A DNA stretch of 64,000 nucleotides from an uncultured delta proteobacterium (GTDB lineage: Bacteria; Myxococcota_A; Polyangia; Haliangiales; Haliangiaceae): the NCBI GenBank assembly GCA_963743525.1, contig CAVUQH010000003.1, positions 704,001 to 768,000 on the forward strand. The letters run 5' to 3'. Position 1 is the first letter of the stretch. Every line of letters starts with the position of its first letter. The notes below the pieces were generated by a model. That model made no database searches and was not told the DNA's origin. It was given only the letters and a program-made list of their open reading frames with translations. A program made the translations under genes and the position numbers. Positions 23,827-34,004 of the stretch are shown piece after piece.

Positions 23827-23869
23827 CCGCCATGGAACATTGTTCCGCGGGACAGAACGCGGATCGGTC

Positions 23870-24340
23870 ATGGAGGCAAACATGACCAAACAACCCCTCA
23901 TTCTCAAGTCCGGCGAAGGTGAGACCGTTCACGCAATCGGCGCCAAGGTGACCTTCCTCTGCCAGGGGCGCGGCGACTGGTCGCTGGTGCACCTCAGGGC
24001 GCCGCTTCGCGGCGGGCCGCCGGCCCACGAGCACGACTTCGACGAAGCGTATTACGTGCTGTCCGGCTCGATTCGCATGACCGTGGGCGGCGAAGAGCTG
24101 CTCCTCGACGCCGGCGACTTCATCCACGTGCCCGGCGGAACGATCCACGGCTTCCAGGGGGCCTCCGATCCCCCCGCGCAGCTGTTGATCTTCCAGGCGC
24201 CGGGCGATGCCGGTGACTTCTTCCGCGACGTCGCGCGCGAGGTCACCAACATCCCGGCCGACCTGCCGCGGATCCCCGAGATCGGCGCGCGCCACGGCAT
24301 CCGCTTCCCGGCGTCGTCGTGCCACGCGCCCAAGCCCTGA
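23870..24340 (+). CDS. Cupin domain protein
   Basis: PPAHEHDFDEAYYVLSG...GDFIHVPGGTIHGF. Confidence 0.88.
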   Translation: MEANMTKQPLILKSGEGETVHAIGAKVTFLCQGRGDWSLVHLRAPLRGGPPAHEHDFDEAYYVLSGSIRMTVGGEELLLDAGDFIHVPGGTIHGFQGASDPPAQLLIFQAPGDAGDFFRDVAREVTNIPADLPRIPEIGARHGIRFPASSCHAPKP

Positions 24341-24440
24341 CCCGGCTGCCGTCGGGCGGTCTGCGCCGCGAATGAGCGAGACCGCCCGATCGGGTCGCCG
24401 TCCGGGATGATATCCTTCGGGGCTCCGGAATTTTCCACGG

Positions 24441-27400
24441 ATGTCCTTCGCCGAACGATCGCAGCACGCCTTCTCCCCTCGGATCATCGAGCGCGGAGAA
24501 GCCTATTTCCTCGACCGCAAGATCTACATCTCGCAGCTCGACGGCGATCAGATCACCGCTCACGTCCAGGGCTCGTCGATCTACGACGTGGCCGCGTTCA
24601 TCGATCAGAAGCGCCGGCGCCTGGTGTTGTCGTGCAGCTGTCCGTTCGCCAGTCGATCGTTCTGCAAGCATCTGTGGGCGCTGATTCGCGAAATCGATCG
24701 GGTGGCCGCCCATCTCGAGCCGAGCGACCGCGGGCTGCTGGTGGTCAGCATGGGCGAGCCGTCGCTGGAGGTGCGCTGGCGCGACCGCCGGCAGGCCAAT
24801 CCCGTGGGCTGGCGGTCGCTGGTCGCGAGCAGCGAGGCGCCGGCGCGCCCGGCCGCAGAGCGCCTTCCCGAGCGACCGATCTACGCGATCGATCTGTCCG
24901 AATCCCAGCGGCGCAATGCGGTCGTGGTCGCGGCCTACTCACCGTCGGAGGACGAGCAGCCGCCGGAGCTGTTGTGGCTGTCTGCGGCGGCGGCCGCCTC
25001 GCTGCCCGAGGACGAGCGCGCGATCGTCGAGCTGCTGTTGCAGTCTTCCAGCGTTCCGATCACCGGCTCTGGCGGCGCGTCGATGTGCGTCATCGAGCAC
25101 CGACTTTTCGACGTGGTGCTGCCGACGCTGTGCGAGACCGGGCGGTTCGGGCTCGTCGACGGCCACCAGCTGACCCCGCTCGGATGGGCCGGTGGAGATC
25201 CGCTCCGCTTTCGTGTGCGGCTGGTGCCCGAAGACGACGGCGGCCTGCTGATCCGCGGCGCCCTGGTCGGCGGCGATGCGGAGATCGCGCTCGATCGCTC
25301 CCCGCTGATCCTGCCGGCGGGGCTGGCCATCGTCGGCGAGCGTCTTCGCCCGGTCGACGTCCCCGAGGGCGCGGAGGGTTGGCTCCGCGGCCTGCGCGCC
25401 GTCGGCGAGCAGCGAGTCCCGCCCGATGAGCGTCGCGAGCTGGCCGAGGCGCTGTGCAGTGGACGCGATCCGCGCGGATTCATCGACGCGCTGCCGTGGC
25501 CGGTTCGCTCCGGCGAGCCCAGCCCGCGGGCCGCGATCGCGCTGACCGGCGGTGCCGATCGCGTGGGAGTCGAGCTCTGGTTCGACTACGCGTTAACGTC
25601 GATCGCCGCCACTGTCCGGGGCTGGGCGGCGCTCACGCCGGGCGACGAGCTGATTCGTCGCGACGTCGATGCCGAGGCGCGCCTGCTCGAGGCCGCCGCG
25701 GATCTGGGCATCGATCCCGCCGGCAGCCTGGCCCGCAGTCAGGCTGTTGCGGTCGCCAACGGGCTGCTCGATGCCGGCTGGAACGTCAGCGCCGAACAGC
25801 GACCGGTCCGGCGTGGCAGCGGCCTCTCGCTGTCGGTCGGTTCGGGCATCTCGTGGTTCGATCTGTCCGGTGTCGCGCGCTTTGGCGATCGCGATCTGCC
25901 ACTGCCGGCGCTGCTGGCCGCCGTGCGGCGAGGCGATGCCTTCGTCAACCTGGGCGACGGAGAGACCGGACTGTTGCCCGAGGCCTGGGCCGAGCAGCTG
26001 GCCCTGCTGGCGCGGGCCCGCGGCGACGGTGGCGACTTGCGCTTCGCCGACGCCGAGCTGGCGCTGCTGGCCGCGCTGCTCGAGGATCTTCCCGCCGTCA
26101 ACGTCGACGCCCGCTACCGCCGCGCCCGCGACCGGTTGGCCACCGCCGGCGTCCCGCGCCCGCTGCAGGCGCCGGACAGCTTTCGCGGCGTCTTGCGCGA
26201 CTACCAGCGCGACGGCCTGGGCTGGCTGCAGTCGCTGACCGACCTGGGCATGGGCGGCTGCCTGGCCGACGACATGGGCCTGGGCAAGACGGTGCAGGTG
26301 CTGGCGCTGCTCGAGCGTCGTCGCCTGGATCCGGAACGTCCGCACCGGCCGTCGCTGGCGGTGGTTCCGCGCAGCCTGGTGTTCAACTGGATCGAAGAGG
26401 CGGCCCGGTTCACGCCCGAGTTGCGAGTGGTGGACTACAGCGGGCCGCAGCGCGCCGGTCTGCTGGAGCACGTCGCCGAGACCGATCTGTTCCTCACCAC
26501 CTACGGCACGTTGCGCCGGGACATCGAGCAGCTCGAGCGGCTCGAGCTCGACCTGGCGATCCTCGACGAAGCCCAGGCGATCAAGAATCCCGCGACCAAG
26601 ACGGCCAAGGCGTGCCGCCGGCTGACCGCGACCCAGCGGTTTGCTCTGACCGGCACGCCGGTCGAGAACCGGCTGGCCGACCTGGCGTCGATCTTCCAGT
26701 TCCTGCACCCGGGGCTGATCGGCCGCGGCGGAACCATCGACCGCCTGCTGGACGACACCCTCGACCGCCAGGGAGTTCGCGTGGTCGCGCGCGTCTTGCG
26801 CCCGTTCATCCTGCGGCGAACCAAGGAGCAGGTCGCACCCGAGCTTCCCGACAAGACCGAGCAGCTGTTGGTCTGCGACGTCGAAGGCGAGCAGCGCGCG
26901 CTGTACGACGAGCTCCGCGACTACTACCGGCAGAACCTGGCCCGCCAGACCAACGGTCGCAGCCGCATGATGGTCCTCGAGGCGCTGCTCCGACTCCGGC
27001 AGGCGGCTTGCCACCCGGGCCTCATCGATCGCAGTCGGATTCACGAGCCCAGCGCCAAGCTGGACGCCTTGACCGAGACGCTCCTCGAGGTCGTCGCCGC
27101 CGGACACAAGGCGCTGGTCTTCTCCCAGTTCACCTCGTTCCTGGCCATCGTCAAGGATCGCCTGGACCAGCTCGACGTCGTCTACGAGTACCTCGACGGT
27201 CGCACGCGCGACCGCGCCGCCCACGTCTCGCGCTTCCAGAACGATCCCGACTGCCCGGTCTTCCTGATCAGTCTCAAAGCCGGCGGCCACGGTCTCAACC
27301 TGACGGCCGCCGACTACGTGTTCCTCCTCGATCCGTGGTGGAACCCCGCGGTCGAGAACCAGGCCATCGACCGCACCCACCGCATCGGCCAGACCCGCCA

Positions 27401-27557
27401 CGTGTTCGCCTACCGACTGATCGCCCGCGACACCGTCGAGTCCAAGGTGCTGGCGCTTCAGGACCGCAAACGCGCCCTGGCCGACGGCATCGTCGGCGAC
27501 GACAACCGCGAGCTCGCCGGCCTGAGCCTGGACGACCTGCGCGACCTGCTAGCCTGA
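24441..27557 (+). CDS. SNF2-family helicase with N-terminal SWIM zinc finger
   Basis: CSCP...CKH (SWIM); LRDYQ, LADDMGLGKT, LDEAQAIKN, LTGTPVEN, FSQFTSFL, GLNLTAAD, QAIDRTHRIGQ. Confidence 0.95.
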   Translation: MSFAERSQHAFSPRIIERGEAYFLDRKIYISQLDGDQITAHVQGSSIYDVAAFIDQKRRRLVLSCSCPFASRSFCKHLWALIREIDRVAAHLEPSDRGLLVVSMGEPSLEVRWRDRRQANPVGWRSLVASSEAPARPAAERLPERPIYAIDLSESQRRNAVVVAAYSPSEDEQPPELLWLSAAAAASLPEDERAIVELLLQSSSVPITGSGGASMCVIEHRLFDVVLPTLCETGRFGLVDGHQLTPLGWAGGDPLRFRVRLVPEDDGGLLIRGALVGGDAEIALDRSPLILPAGLAIVGERLRPVDVPEGAEGWLRGLRAVGEQRVPPDERRELAEALCSGRDPRGFIDALPWPVRSGEPSPRAAIALTGGADRVGVELWFDYALTSIAATVRGWAALTPGDELIRRDVDAEARLLEAAADLGIDPAGSLARSQAVAVANGLLDAGWNVSAEQRPVRRGSGLSLSVGSGISWFDLSGVARFGDRDLPLPALLAAVRRGDAFVNLGDGETGLLPEAWAEQLALLARARGDGGDLRFADAELALLAALLEDLPAVNVDARYRRARDRLATAGVPRPLQAPDSFRGVLRDYQRDGLGWLQSLTDLGMGGCLADDMGLGKTVQVLALLERRRLDPERPHRPSLAVVPRSLVFNWIEEAARFTPELRVVDYSGPQRAGLLEHVAETDLFLTTYGTLRRDIEQLERLELDLAILDEAQAIKNPATKTAKACRRLTATQRFALTGTPVENRLADLASIFQFLHPGLIGRGGTIDRLLDDTLDRQGVRVVARVLRPFILRRTKEQVAPELPDKTEQLLVCDVEGEQRALYDELRDYYRQNLARQTNGRSRMMVLEALLRLRQAACHPGLIDRSRIHEPSAKLDALTETLLEVVAAGHKALVFSQFTSFLAIVKDRLDQLDVVYEYLDGRTRDRAAHVSRFQNDPDCPVFLISLKAGGHGLNLTAADYVFLLDPWWNPAVENQAIDRTHRIGQTRHVFAYRLIARDTVESKVLALQDRKRALADGIVGDDNRELAGLSLDDLRDLLA

Positions 27558-27649
27558 ACGGCCCTGCTGCGGCCCGATCGAGATCTTTCCGAGCGCGAGG
27601 CAGCGCTCGATGCCTCGCCGGGCACCAGTGGAACGGCCATCGGTGGAGG

Positions 27650-28147
27650 TCATGGCGCCTTGCCGCGGTCAGCGAGCGCCTGGCGCCAGGCAACTTCGGC
27701 GGGGTGGCCCGCAGGCGCGGCGATGAAGACGCCGCGACAGGTGGCCGTGATCTTGCCTCGGGCTTCCACCGTCGCCTCCACCGTCGCACGATCGTCGGTG
27801 GCCTCGACCACCCGAGCAACCAGGTGAAGCGGCCCATCGGTGGGCGTGACCCGACGCATGGCTACCGCGTACTCGCTGGTGACGGTGATGCCGGGCACGT
27901 CGGCCCCGCGACGCTGCTGAAGGTGCCAAATCGCGGTCCAATTGCCGTGGCAGTCGAGGATCGTTCCTATGATCCCACCGTTCAACACCCCGGGAAAGGC
28001 CTCGTGATGGGGCGCGGGCGTCCAGTCGCAGACGAGAGTATCGTTGTCAACGAAGCTCTTGATGCGCAGCCCTTTGTCATTGGCTGGCCCACAGCCGAAG
28101 CAGATGCTCGACGGTGCCCACGTGTCCTGGAGGCTCCTCTTCCCCAC
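27650..28147 (-). CDS. PaaI-family thioesterase
   Basis: CFGCGPAN..GL, GVLNGGIIGTILDCH. Confidence 0.85.
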   Translation of the reverse strand: MGKRSLQDTWAPSSICFGCGPANDKGLRIKSFVDNDTLVCDWTPAPHHEAFPGVLNGGIIGTILDCHGNWTAIWHLQQRRGADVPGITVTSEYAVAMRRVTPTDGPLHLVARVVEATDDRATVEATVEARGKITATCRGVFIAAPAGHPAEVAWRQALADRGKAP

Positions 28148-28171
28148 CGCCGCAGCCTACCAAGGTTCCCC

Positions 28172-28993
28172 ATGAAAGATATAGAGCTCCTCCTCGCGGA
28201 CGTAGACGGCACTCTGGTGACGAAGGACAAGCTGGTCACCCGGCGAACCAGGGAGGCCGCCCGGAGCCTGCGTGCCCACGGGATCGCGCTCGCGATCACC
28301 AGCGGCCGTCCACCGCGCGGGATGGCGATGCTGGTCGAGCCGCTCGGCCTCACGACGCCGATCGCGGGCTTCAATGGCGGCATGCTCGTGGAGCCCGACT
28401 TGAAGACGATCGTTCAGCAGCGCACCCTGTCGCGCCAGGTCGCTCGCGAGGTGGTCAACGCGCTGGTCAACGCGGGGCTCGACGTCTGGGTCTATCGCGG
28501 CCGCGACTGGTTCGTCCGCGACATCCAGGGCCCACACGTGGCCCGAGAGCAGGCGACTGTGCAGTTCGCTCCGGTGGTGACCGGGGATCTGAGCGCAGTC
28601 ATCGACGACACCGTGAAGATCGTCGGCGTCAGTGAGGATCACGCGCTCGTCGCGCGCGCGGAGAGCGGGCTGCGACAGCGATTTGCCGACGACGTGTCGG
28701 CAGCACGCTCCCAGCCATACTACCTGGACGTCACCCATCCAGACGCGAACAAGGCCGCGGTCGTTCGCGACGTGACGCGCATGCTCGGCATCCCGGTCGC
28801 GAATGTCGCGGTGATCGGCGACATGCCGACCGATGCGATGATGTTCGGGCTCGCCGGCACCAGTATCGCGATGGGCAACGCCAGTCCCGACGTGCAGCGA
28901 TGTGCTCGCTACGTCACGACCTCGAACGAGGAAGAGGGCTTCGCCAACGCCGTCTCTCGGTACGTGCTGGGGCCGACCGCTGCGTCCGAATAG
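28172..28993 (+). CDS. Cof-type HAD-IIB hydrolase
   Basis: DVDGTL, TSGRPP, ANKA, IGDMPTD, AMGNA. Confidence 0.92.
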   Translation: MKDIELLLADVDGTLVTKDKLVTRRTREAARSLRAHGIALAITSGRPPRGMAMLVEPLGLTTPIAGFNGGMLVEPDLKTIVQQRTLSRQVAREVVNALVNAGLDVWVYRGRDWFVRDIQGPHVAREQATVQFAPVVTGDLSAVIDDTVKIVGVSEDHALVARAESGLRQRFADDVSAARSQPYYLDVTHPDANKAAVVRDVTRMLGIPVANVAVIGDMPTDAMMFGLAGTSIAMGNASPDVQRCARYVTTSNEEEGFANAVSRYVLGPTAASE

Positions 28994-29143
28994 TCCGCGG
29001 AGGTCCGCGTCGCCACCCAGGACAGCCCAGGAGCGGGTCGCGTCGGCAGCAAGACCCAACACCGACGTCGCAGCAGCTCCGCGTCGTCCCCGGTCGCGAG
29101 CTCTCGATGGCGTCGGCTACGTGCGGGCATGGACTGGCTGTGA

Positions 29144-29583
29144 TCATTCATCGGCGTGCCGTGTATTCGGGACCCGACTCCGGGAGTCGGCGGTCGTTTC
29201 GTCCGGCCGGGCGCACAGCCAGGCCCAGAAGATGAACAGGAACTGGACCGGCAGCCGGAGGTAGGCCAGTAGCGGATTGGCGAACGCCGCCGGCAGGTTT
29301 GGATCGTCGAGGCCGCCGGAGACCGCGTGGTAGATGTTGGCCGGGTAGACCGCGATCAACAGTGCAATGATCCCCCAGGCCGCGAGCCGGCGCAGCCGCG
29401 GCACCAGGAGCGCCAGCCCCAGTCCGATCTCGGCAGCGCCGCTCAGGTAGACCAGCAGCATTGGTGCGGGCAGCTGCGGCGGCACCAGCGCCGCGTAGCT
29501 CCTGGGCACGACGAAGTGAGCGACGCCGGCCACTACCATGAAAGCGGCGAGGCCCCAGCGCAGCGGGCGGCGAAAGCGCGACA
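29144..29583 (-). CDS. DoxX-like membrane protein
   Basis: AGVAHF...YLSGAAEI...LLIAVYPANIY...RLPVQ. Confidence 0.82.
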
Positions 29584-29786
29584 TCTCCGGGCTATAGCAT
29601 GTGGAACCCCGGCGCCAGGCCAACGCGGATCCAACGGTCTCTGAATCGCGTGCCGTTTGTCAGGATCCCCGAGCGATGAAAGCTGCGGCAGCAGTCATGT
29701 TGCTCCTCGGTGCGGCATGGTAGAGATCGAAGAGTCGTAGCTAGTGATATCTCTGGTGAAGAGATTCGAGGTCAGGAGCCACCGCA

Positions 29787-29960
29787 ATGCCAGTGATTAG
29801 AAACTCCGTGGTCATTCGCTGCTCCGCGGAGGAAGCGTTCGACTACTTGTCAGATCTCCGCGCCGAGCTGGAGTGGAACCCGGACTGTCAGCTAATGGAA
29901 ATGCTCACCGACGATCCGATCGGAGTGGGCACGCGCTATCGCGCCAAGTGGAAGGGAACT
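29787..29960 (+). pseudogene. Truncated SRPBCC (polyketide cyclase-like) gene
   Basis: AGGAG RBS; SVVIRCSAEEAFDYLSDLRAELEWNP...PIGVGTRYRAKWKG, after which the sequence loses protein-like character. Confidence 0.55.
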
Positions 29961-30247
29961 GGGACCGGCCCGCGGCGACGAGCTCCTTGTCGACGAACGT
30001 GCGATGGCCCGGGCGTCATCCAGCGATCGCCGGGCCTCGAGACCATCCCGGCAGCTGCTGTGCTCGACCCGTGCGGCGGGCGGCGTGGCTCGCGACTCTG
30101 GCGTCTTCCGGCCTGCTTTCCAGCACGATCTCGCCGGTGATGACGGTTGTGGGCAGGTGTTGCGACGGGCGAAACAGTAGCGTGGCGGTTCGTGGTGTGA
30201 AGTCACGCGGATACCACCGGTCCACGGTTTGCAGTGTAGGTGTTGCG

Positions 30248-31417
30248 ATGACGACAACCGCGGACAGGTTCTTCATTAGCGCGTGCACACTGGGCATCGT
30301 GCTTCACCTCGGCGGTTGCGCCGGCGACCCGGACCAAGCGCGCGGCGTCGACGGCGGATCAGAAGCTCCGGAGCCGGCCTCGCCCGGCGCGCAGGTCCCT
30401 CCGGAGCCGTCGCCGCCCGAGCCGTTCTCAGGCCGCTTCTCATCACCGTCCATCGTTCGCGTCGGTGACACCTATCACGCGTTTCTCGCCAAGCAGAAGA
30501 TCCAGGTTGGCAGCGTCACGCGGACCCTGCACGTGCCGCACGCGACCTTCAAAGACGGCGTGTGGTCGGTACCGGAAGAGGTGCTTCCTCAGCTCGGGCG
30601 CGGCGCGGTGGCCGACGGCGCGGTGTGGGCGCCGGCGGTGGCTCGCATCGCCCCGGGCCACTGGATGCTGTACTACACAGCGCAGGTCGCGCCGCCCCCG
30701 GGCCAACCCGTGACGAAGAAGAAGTGCATCTGGCGGGCTCACGCGACCTCGCCTTCGGGACCCTTCGTCGATGATTTCGACGGACCGCTCATCTGCCAGA
30801 GCGGTAGCCTCTGGTCGCTCGATGCTTACGTCGTGCGTGACGCTCGGGGCAACTGGAACCTGGCGGCGCGAATCGATCTCGGCAACGGCATCAACTCGAT
30901 CCAGATCCGCAGGCTCGAGCCCCGGGGCAAACATTTCGCGGCGGGCTCGGCCTGGCATCTCCTGGCCCGCAACTACGAGGGCAGCTGGGATCAGCACGTG
31001 ATGGAGAACGCCGGCATCGTCCGCCTGGCGCCGCCGAACGGAAGCGCGCCACACTGGTTCGTCTTCTATTCAGCGCGTCACTGGGACGACGACACCTACG
31101 CGATCGGGTACGTCGACTGCGGCGAGAACATCAACGGCCTCGCCGGCAGCGGCTGTCGCAAGATCACCGAGAACGGCCCGTGGATGGAGACCAGCAGCAC
31201 GTTGGATCTGTGGGGCCCGGGTACGCCCACCTTCTATACCGACACGACGAACCAGATGATGATGAGCATCCAGGCCTGGCGGTACCCCGGCGGGACCGCA
31301 GCTGGCAGCCCCAACCGGGCGGAGAACCGGAGCCAGGGCCAAATCATGAAGACCTATACGATCCGGATCGACAATGACTATCGGCCGCACGCCGAGCTCG
31401 TTCGGACCGATCTCTGA
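30248..31417 (+). CDS. GH43-like beta-propeller glycoside hydrolase, lipoprotein
   Basis: Lipobox LGGC; PSIVRVGDTYH, VWAPAV, LYYTA, SPSGPF, MENAGIV, FYSA..W....YAIG. Confidence 0.75.
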   Translation: MTTTADRFFISACTLGIVLHLGGCAGDPDQARGVDGGSEAPEPASPGAQVPPEPSPPEPFSGRFSSPSIVRVGDTYHAFLAKQKIQVGSVTRTLHVPHATFKDGVWSVPEEVLPQLGRGAVADGAVWAPAVARIAPGHWMLYYTAQVAPPPGQPVTKKKCIWRAHATSPSGPFVDDFDGPLICQSGSLWSLDAYVVRDARGNWNLAARIDLGNGINSIQIRRLEPRGKHFAAGSAWHLLARNYEGSWDQHVMENAGIVRLAPPNGSAPHWFVFYSARHWDDDTYAIGYVDCGENINGLAGSGCRKITENGPWMETSSTLDLWGPGTPTFYTDTTNQMMMSIQAWRYPGGTAAGSPNRAENRSQGQIMKTYTIRIDNDYRPHAELVRTDL

Positions 31418-31499
31418 CCGGCCTGGCGAGCGACACCCGTGACCGAAACAGCCAGCCCACCCGGTTGTCTGGTAGGCCGGACGAATGGTCGCACTGCAG

Positions 31500-32344
31500 T
31501 TGACGGGCCCACAGGCTTGCACATGCGGATCTGTAGTCGAGGCGACGCTTGACGAGTCTGTTGGAGCCGGTGATCGCCAAGGTCGCGTTTGCCCGCGGTG
31601 AGAAGGGTAGCCCGACATCGGGTGGCACCTGCTCCACCCCCCGGGCTCATCTTCACCCGGTTCATACAACACGGCGTATTTGCGCCCAAGGTAGGTCGCG
31701 TCGAGGAGCTTGCCGTTGGCGACACGCTCCGTTCGAACCGAACCGCCGGGACTCACCCGTGCCAAGTGCACCGTGTCCACGACCGAGGGAATCATGGCGC
31801 CTCTGGCTCGCGCACCGGCGCGATCGGCCTTGGTCGCCCGTCGCTGTTCCGTCCAAGCCACCGCCCATTCGTTGGCGGCCTCGTTCCAGACGACGCGCAA
31901 GCTACGGTGGAGCAAGCCGCCCGGGCCAAGCTTGGCAAGCTCCACGGTGCGAGCAGGGTCGAGCGACAGCGACCGAAGCTCGAGCGTGAGGTGACGGTCG
32001 TGCCCGAGCGCGACCGCAACCCCGCTCGGCGAGCCGGCAACTGCGACGGGGCCGTTCTGATGGCGCAACGGCGTCTTGCGGTCGGCGCGCCCCAGCGCCA
32101 CGGTCCCTCGGGTTGCGCGAATGCGAACCGGCGCACCTCCAGCCCACGCCAGGCTGTCGACCGCTTCCTCAAACGTGGCGGCCCCAGCGAGCTTCGCCGC
32201 TGGATTCGCGGCGGGCGCGACGCTGGCCGTGCGGGCGCGGTGGGGCGGGTGATGAGATGAGGCGCTGGTTGCCTGCTTCTTCTCGCGCGGTGGCGAGCTG
32301 CACGCGACCACGAACGCAGACACCACCGCGCCCGCCCTACACAC
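31500..32344 (-). CDS. Hypothetical secreted protein, 3' end probably degraded
   Basis: Lipoprotein-like N-terminus (VVACSS) and a protein-like middle (VVWNEAANEWAVAWTE). The tracked ORF tail overlaps the GH43 gene and is not credible. Confidence 0.35.
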
Positions 32345-32455
32345 CGCCTCCGGCCGCGCTCGGTCGTGGCACGCTGTGAGTATACGGGGCTACGGGGCGG
32401 GCGGTTTGGGAGCTTTGCAGGGGTAGAACGGCGCTCGCGTGCTAGGCTCGACGTG

Positions 32456-32689
32456 ATGGACAAGGTGTTCACCTGGACCACGCCCGAAGAGGCAGTCAAG
32501 CGCGAAGGGGCGTATTGGCTGGGTCGTCCAGTGGAAGATCGGGTCTCAGCCGTCGAGACCATCCGCGAGGCGACGATTGGCATCTACGATGAGACTCCCG
32601 CCCGACTGGAGCGAGTTTATCGAGTTGTTGAGCACCCATGGCGTGCGATTCCTAATCGTCGGGGCGCACGCCTTGGCGGCTCACGGTAG
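32456..32689 (+). CDS. Small protein partnering the nucleotidyltransferase (antitoxin-like)
   Basis: MDKVFTW...YWLGRPVEDRVSAVETIR...RLERVYRVV; overlaps the next gene, as is common for this gene pair. Confidence 0.65.
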   Translation: MDKVFTWTTPEEAVKREGAYWLGRPVEDRVSAVETIREATIGIYDETPARLERVYRVVEHPWRAIPNRRGARLGGSR

Positions 32690-33044
32690 GCCCCGCGCTA
32701 CTCAGGACCTGGACGTCTTCGTCGAGGCGACGGAAGAGAACGCGCGTCGCCTCGGTGGCGCTCTGCGCGCCTTTGGCTTTCCGACGCTCGCGGATGCCTG
32801 TGACCAGTTTGCCGAGACCGATCGCATGGCCACGCTTGGGAGTCCGCCGCTACAAATCGACATCGTCAATCACATCACTGGCGTGTCGTTCGAGGAGGCC
32901 TGGCAAGGCCGAATGACCGCCCGCTTCGGGACGCACGAGATTGGATTCTTGGGCCGGCGCGAGTTTCTGATGAACAAGCGAGCCTCCGGACGGCCCAAGG
33001 ACCTGGCAGACATCGCGCTGCTGGAAGAGATCGACGAGTCGTAG
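32589..33044 (+). CDS. Nucleotidyltransferase (pol-beta superfamily, DUF6036-like)
   Basis: LIVGAHALAAHGRPRATQDLDVFV...IDI...NKRASGRPKDLADI. Confidence 0.8.
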   Translation: MRLPPDWSEFIELLSTHGVRFLIVGAHALAAHGRPRATQDLDVFVEATEENARRLGGALRAFGFPTLADACDQFAETDRMATLGSPPLQIDIVNHITGVSFEEAWQGRMTARFGTHEIGFLGRREFLMNKRASGRPKDLADIALLEEIDES

Positions 33045-33110
33045 CGGCCATCGCCGGCCGGACGAACGTCAGCTTGGTTGACCGACAGTCCCCACGAGCG
33101 CGCCCCGAAA

Positions 33111-33158
33111 CGGCCGGTGAGATCCTGTCTCGACCGGCCGTCTGCGCTGGAGCGGGAT
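33111..33158 (-). other. Eroded att scar: hairpin plus 11-bp tRNA-Gly 3' end
   Basis: CGGCCGGTGAGAtcctgTCTCgACCGGCCG followed by GCTGGAGCGGGAT (TGGAGCGGGAT at 33148-33158); same layout as 35656-35716 and 52982-53043. Confidence 0.6.
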
Positions 33159-33535
33159 CAGGGCAAAGATGGGAAACCCGTGTCGCATGGTCGTCCTGCC
33201 ACCCTGGCGGGCCGAGCCGGTCGGGTTGGCGAGCAGCACGCACTGGTGCTCGCGACAGCGCGCGCCCAGGGTGGTCGCTGAGCTCGACCGGTCGCGGATC
33301 GCCGGTGCACACGTGGCAGTTGTCGAGGCCGAAGCTGCCCCCGAAGGCCATCGGCTCCTCGTCGACCAGGGCGCGGAGCGCGAACGCCAGGGTCAGGCCG
33401 CAGGCGTCGATCTGTTGCACGGCGCAGTCGTCGTCGCGCTCGCTCCAGTTGGTGCAGGTCTCGCGCAGGTTGTGGTCGAGGAACTCGAGGTAGCGGCCGC
33501 GCACCCGACCACAGGTAGGCTCGTCGGCGGGCGAA

Positions 33536-33836
33536 AGAGATCCGTCCGGGGTTCGCGCGCGAAGAGATCCGTCCGGGGTTCGCGCGCGTGCGCATCGACG
33601 GTCATCAGCGGAAAGAGATCCATCCGGAAGAGATCCGTCCGGGGTTCGCGGGAAGAGAAGAGATCCGTCCGGGGTTCGCGCGCGTGCGCATCGACGGTCA
33701 TCAGCGCGGCATGCGGAACCACCCGCGGAGAGATCCGTCCGGGAAGAGATCCGTCCGGGGTTCGCGCGTGAGAGATCCGTCCGGGGTTCGCGCGCGTGCG
33801 CATCGACGGTCATCAGCGCGGCATGCGGAACCACCC
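33536..33836 (+). repeat. REP-like repeat cluster (8 copies of AGAGATCCGTCCGG(GGTTCG))
   Basis: Copies near 33536, 33563, 33614 (variant), 33629, 33659, 33729, 33745 and 33771. They are interleaved with 3 copies of CGCGCGTGCGCATCGACGGTCATCAGCG and 2 of CGGCATGCGGAACCACCC. Confidence 0.9.
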
Positions 33837-34004
33837 GTACCTGATGGCATCGCCCGCCAGCGCGACGAGGGCGTGTTGTCGTTCTCGGCGCCGGGACGTC
33901 CGGCGGGGCGGACAGTTTGCAGGGCGATCGGCCGCGCCGGGCGAGCGTGTGCGGCACGCACCGTCGCCGGTCGTTGCGGCCAAGGGGCGATGCGGGACGG
34001 ACCT

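Noticed and set aside
20833..27557. AAA regulator and SNF2 helicase as a defence system
   Set aside because: Host-like codon usage, common chromosomal families, and no effector or mobile context.
25454..28171. 1179-aa ORF as a real fusion to the HAD hydrolase
   Set aside because: The upstream part is an Arg/Pro-rich shadow frame over the SNF2 and thioesterase genes; the HAD starts at ATG 28172.
33536..33836. CRISPR array
   Set aside because: Spacing is irregular, the intervening sequences are themselves repeated, there are no cas genes, and inverted copies flank a RAYT.
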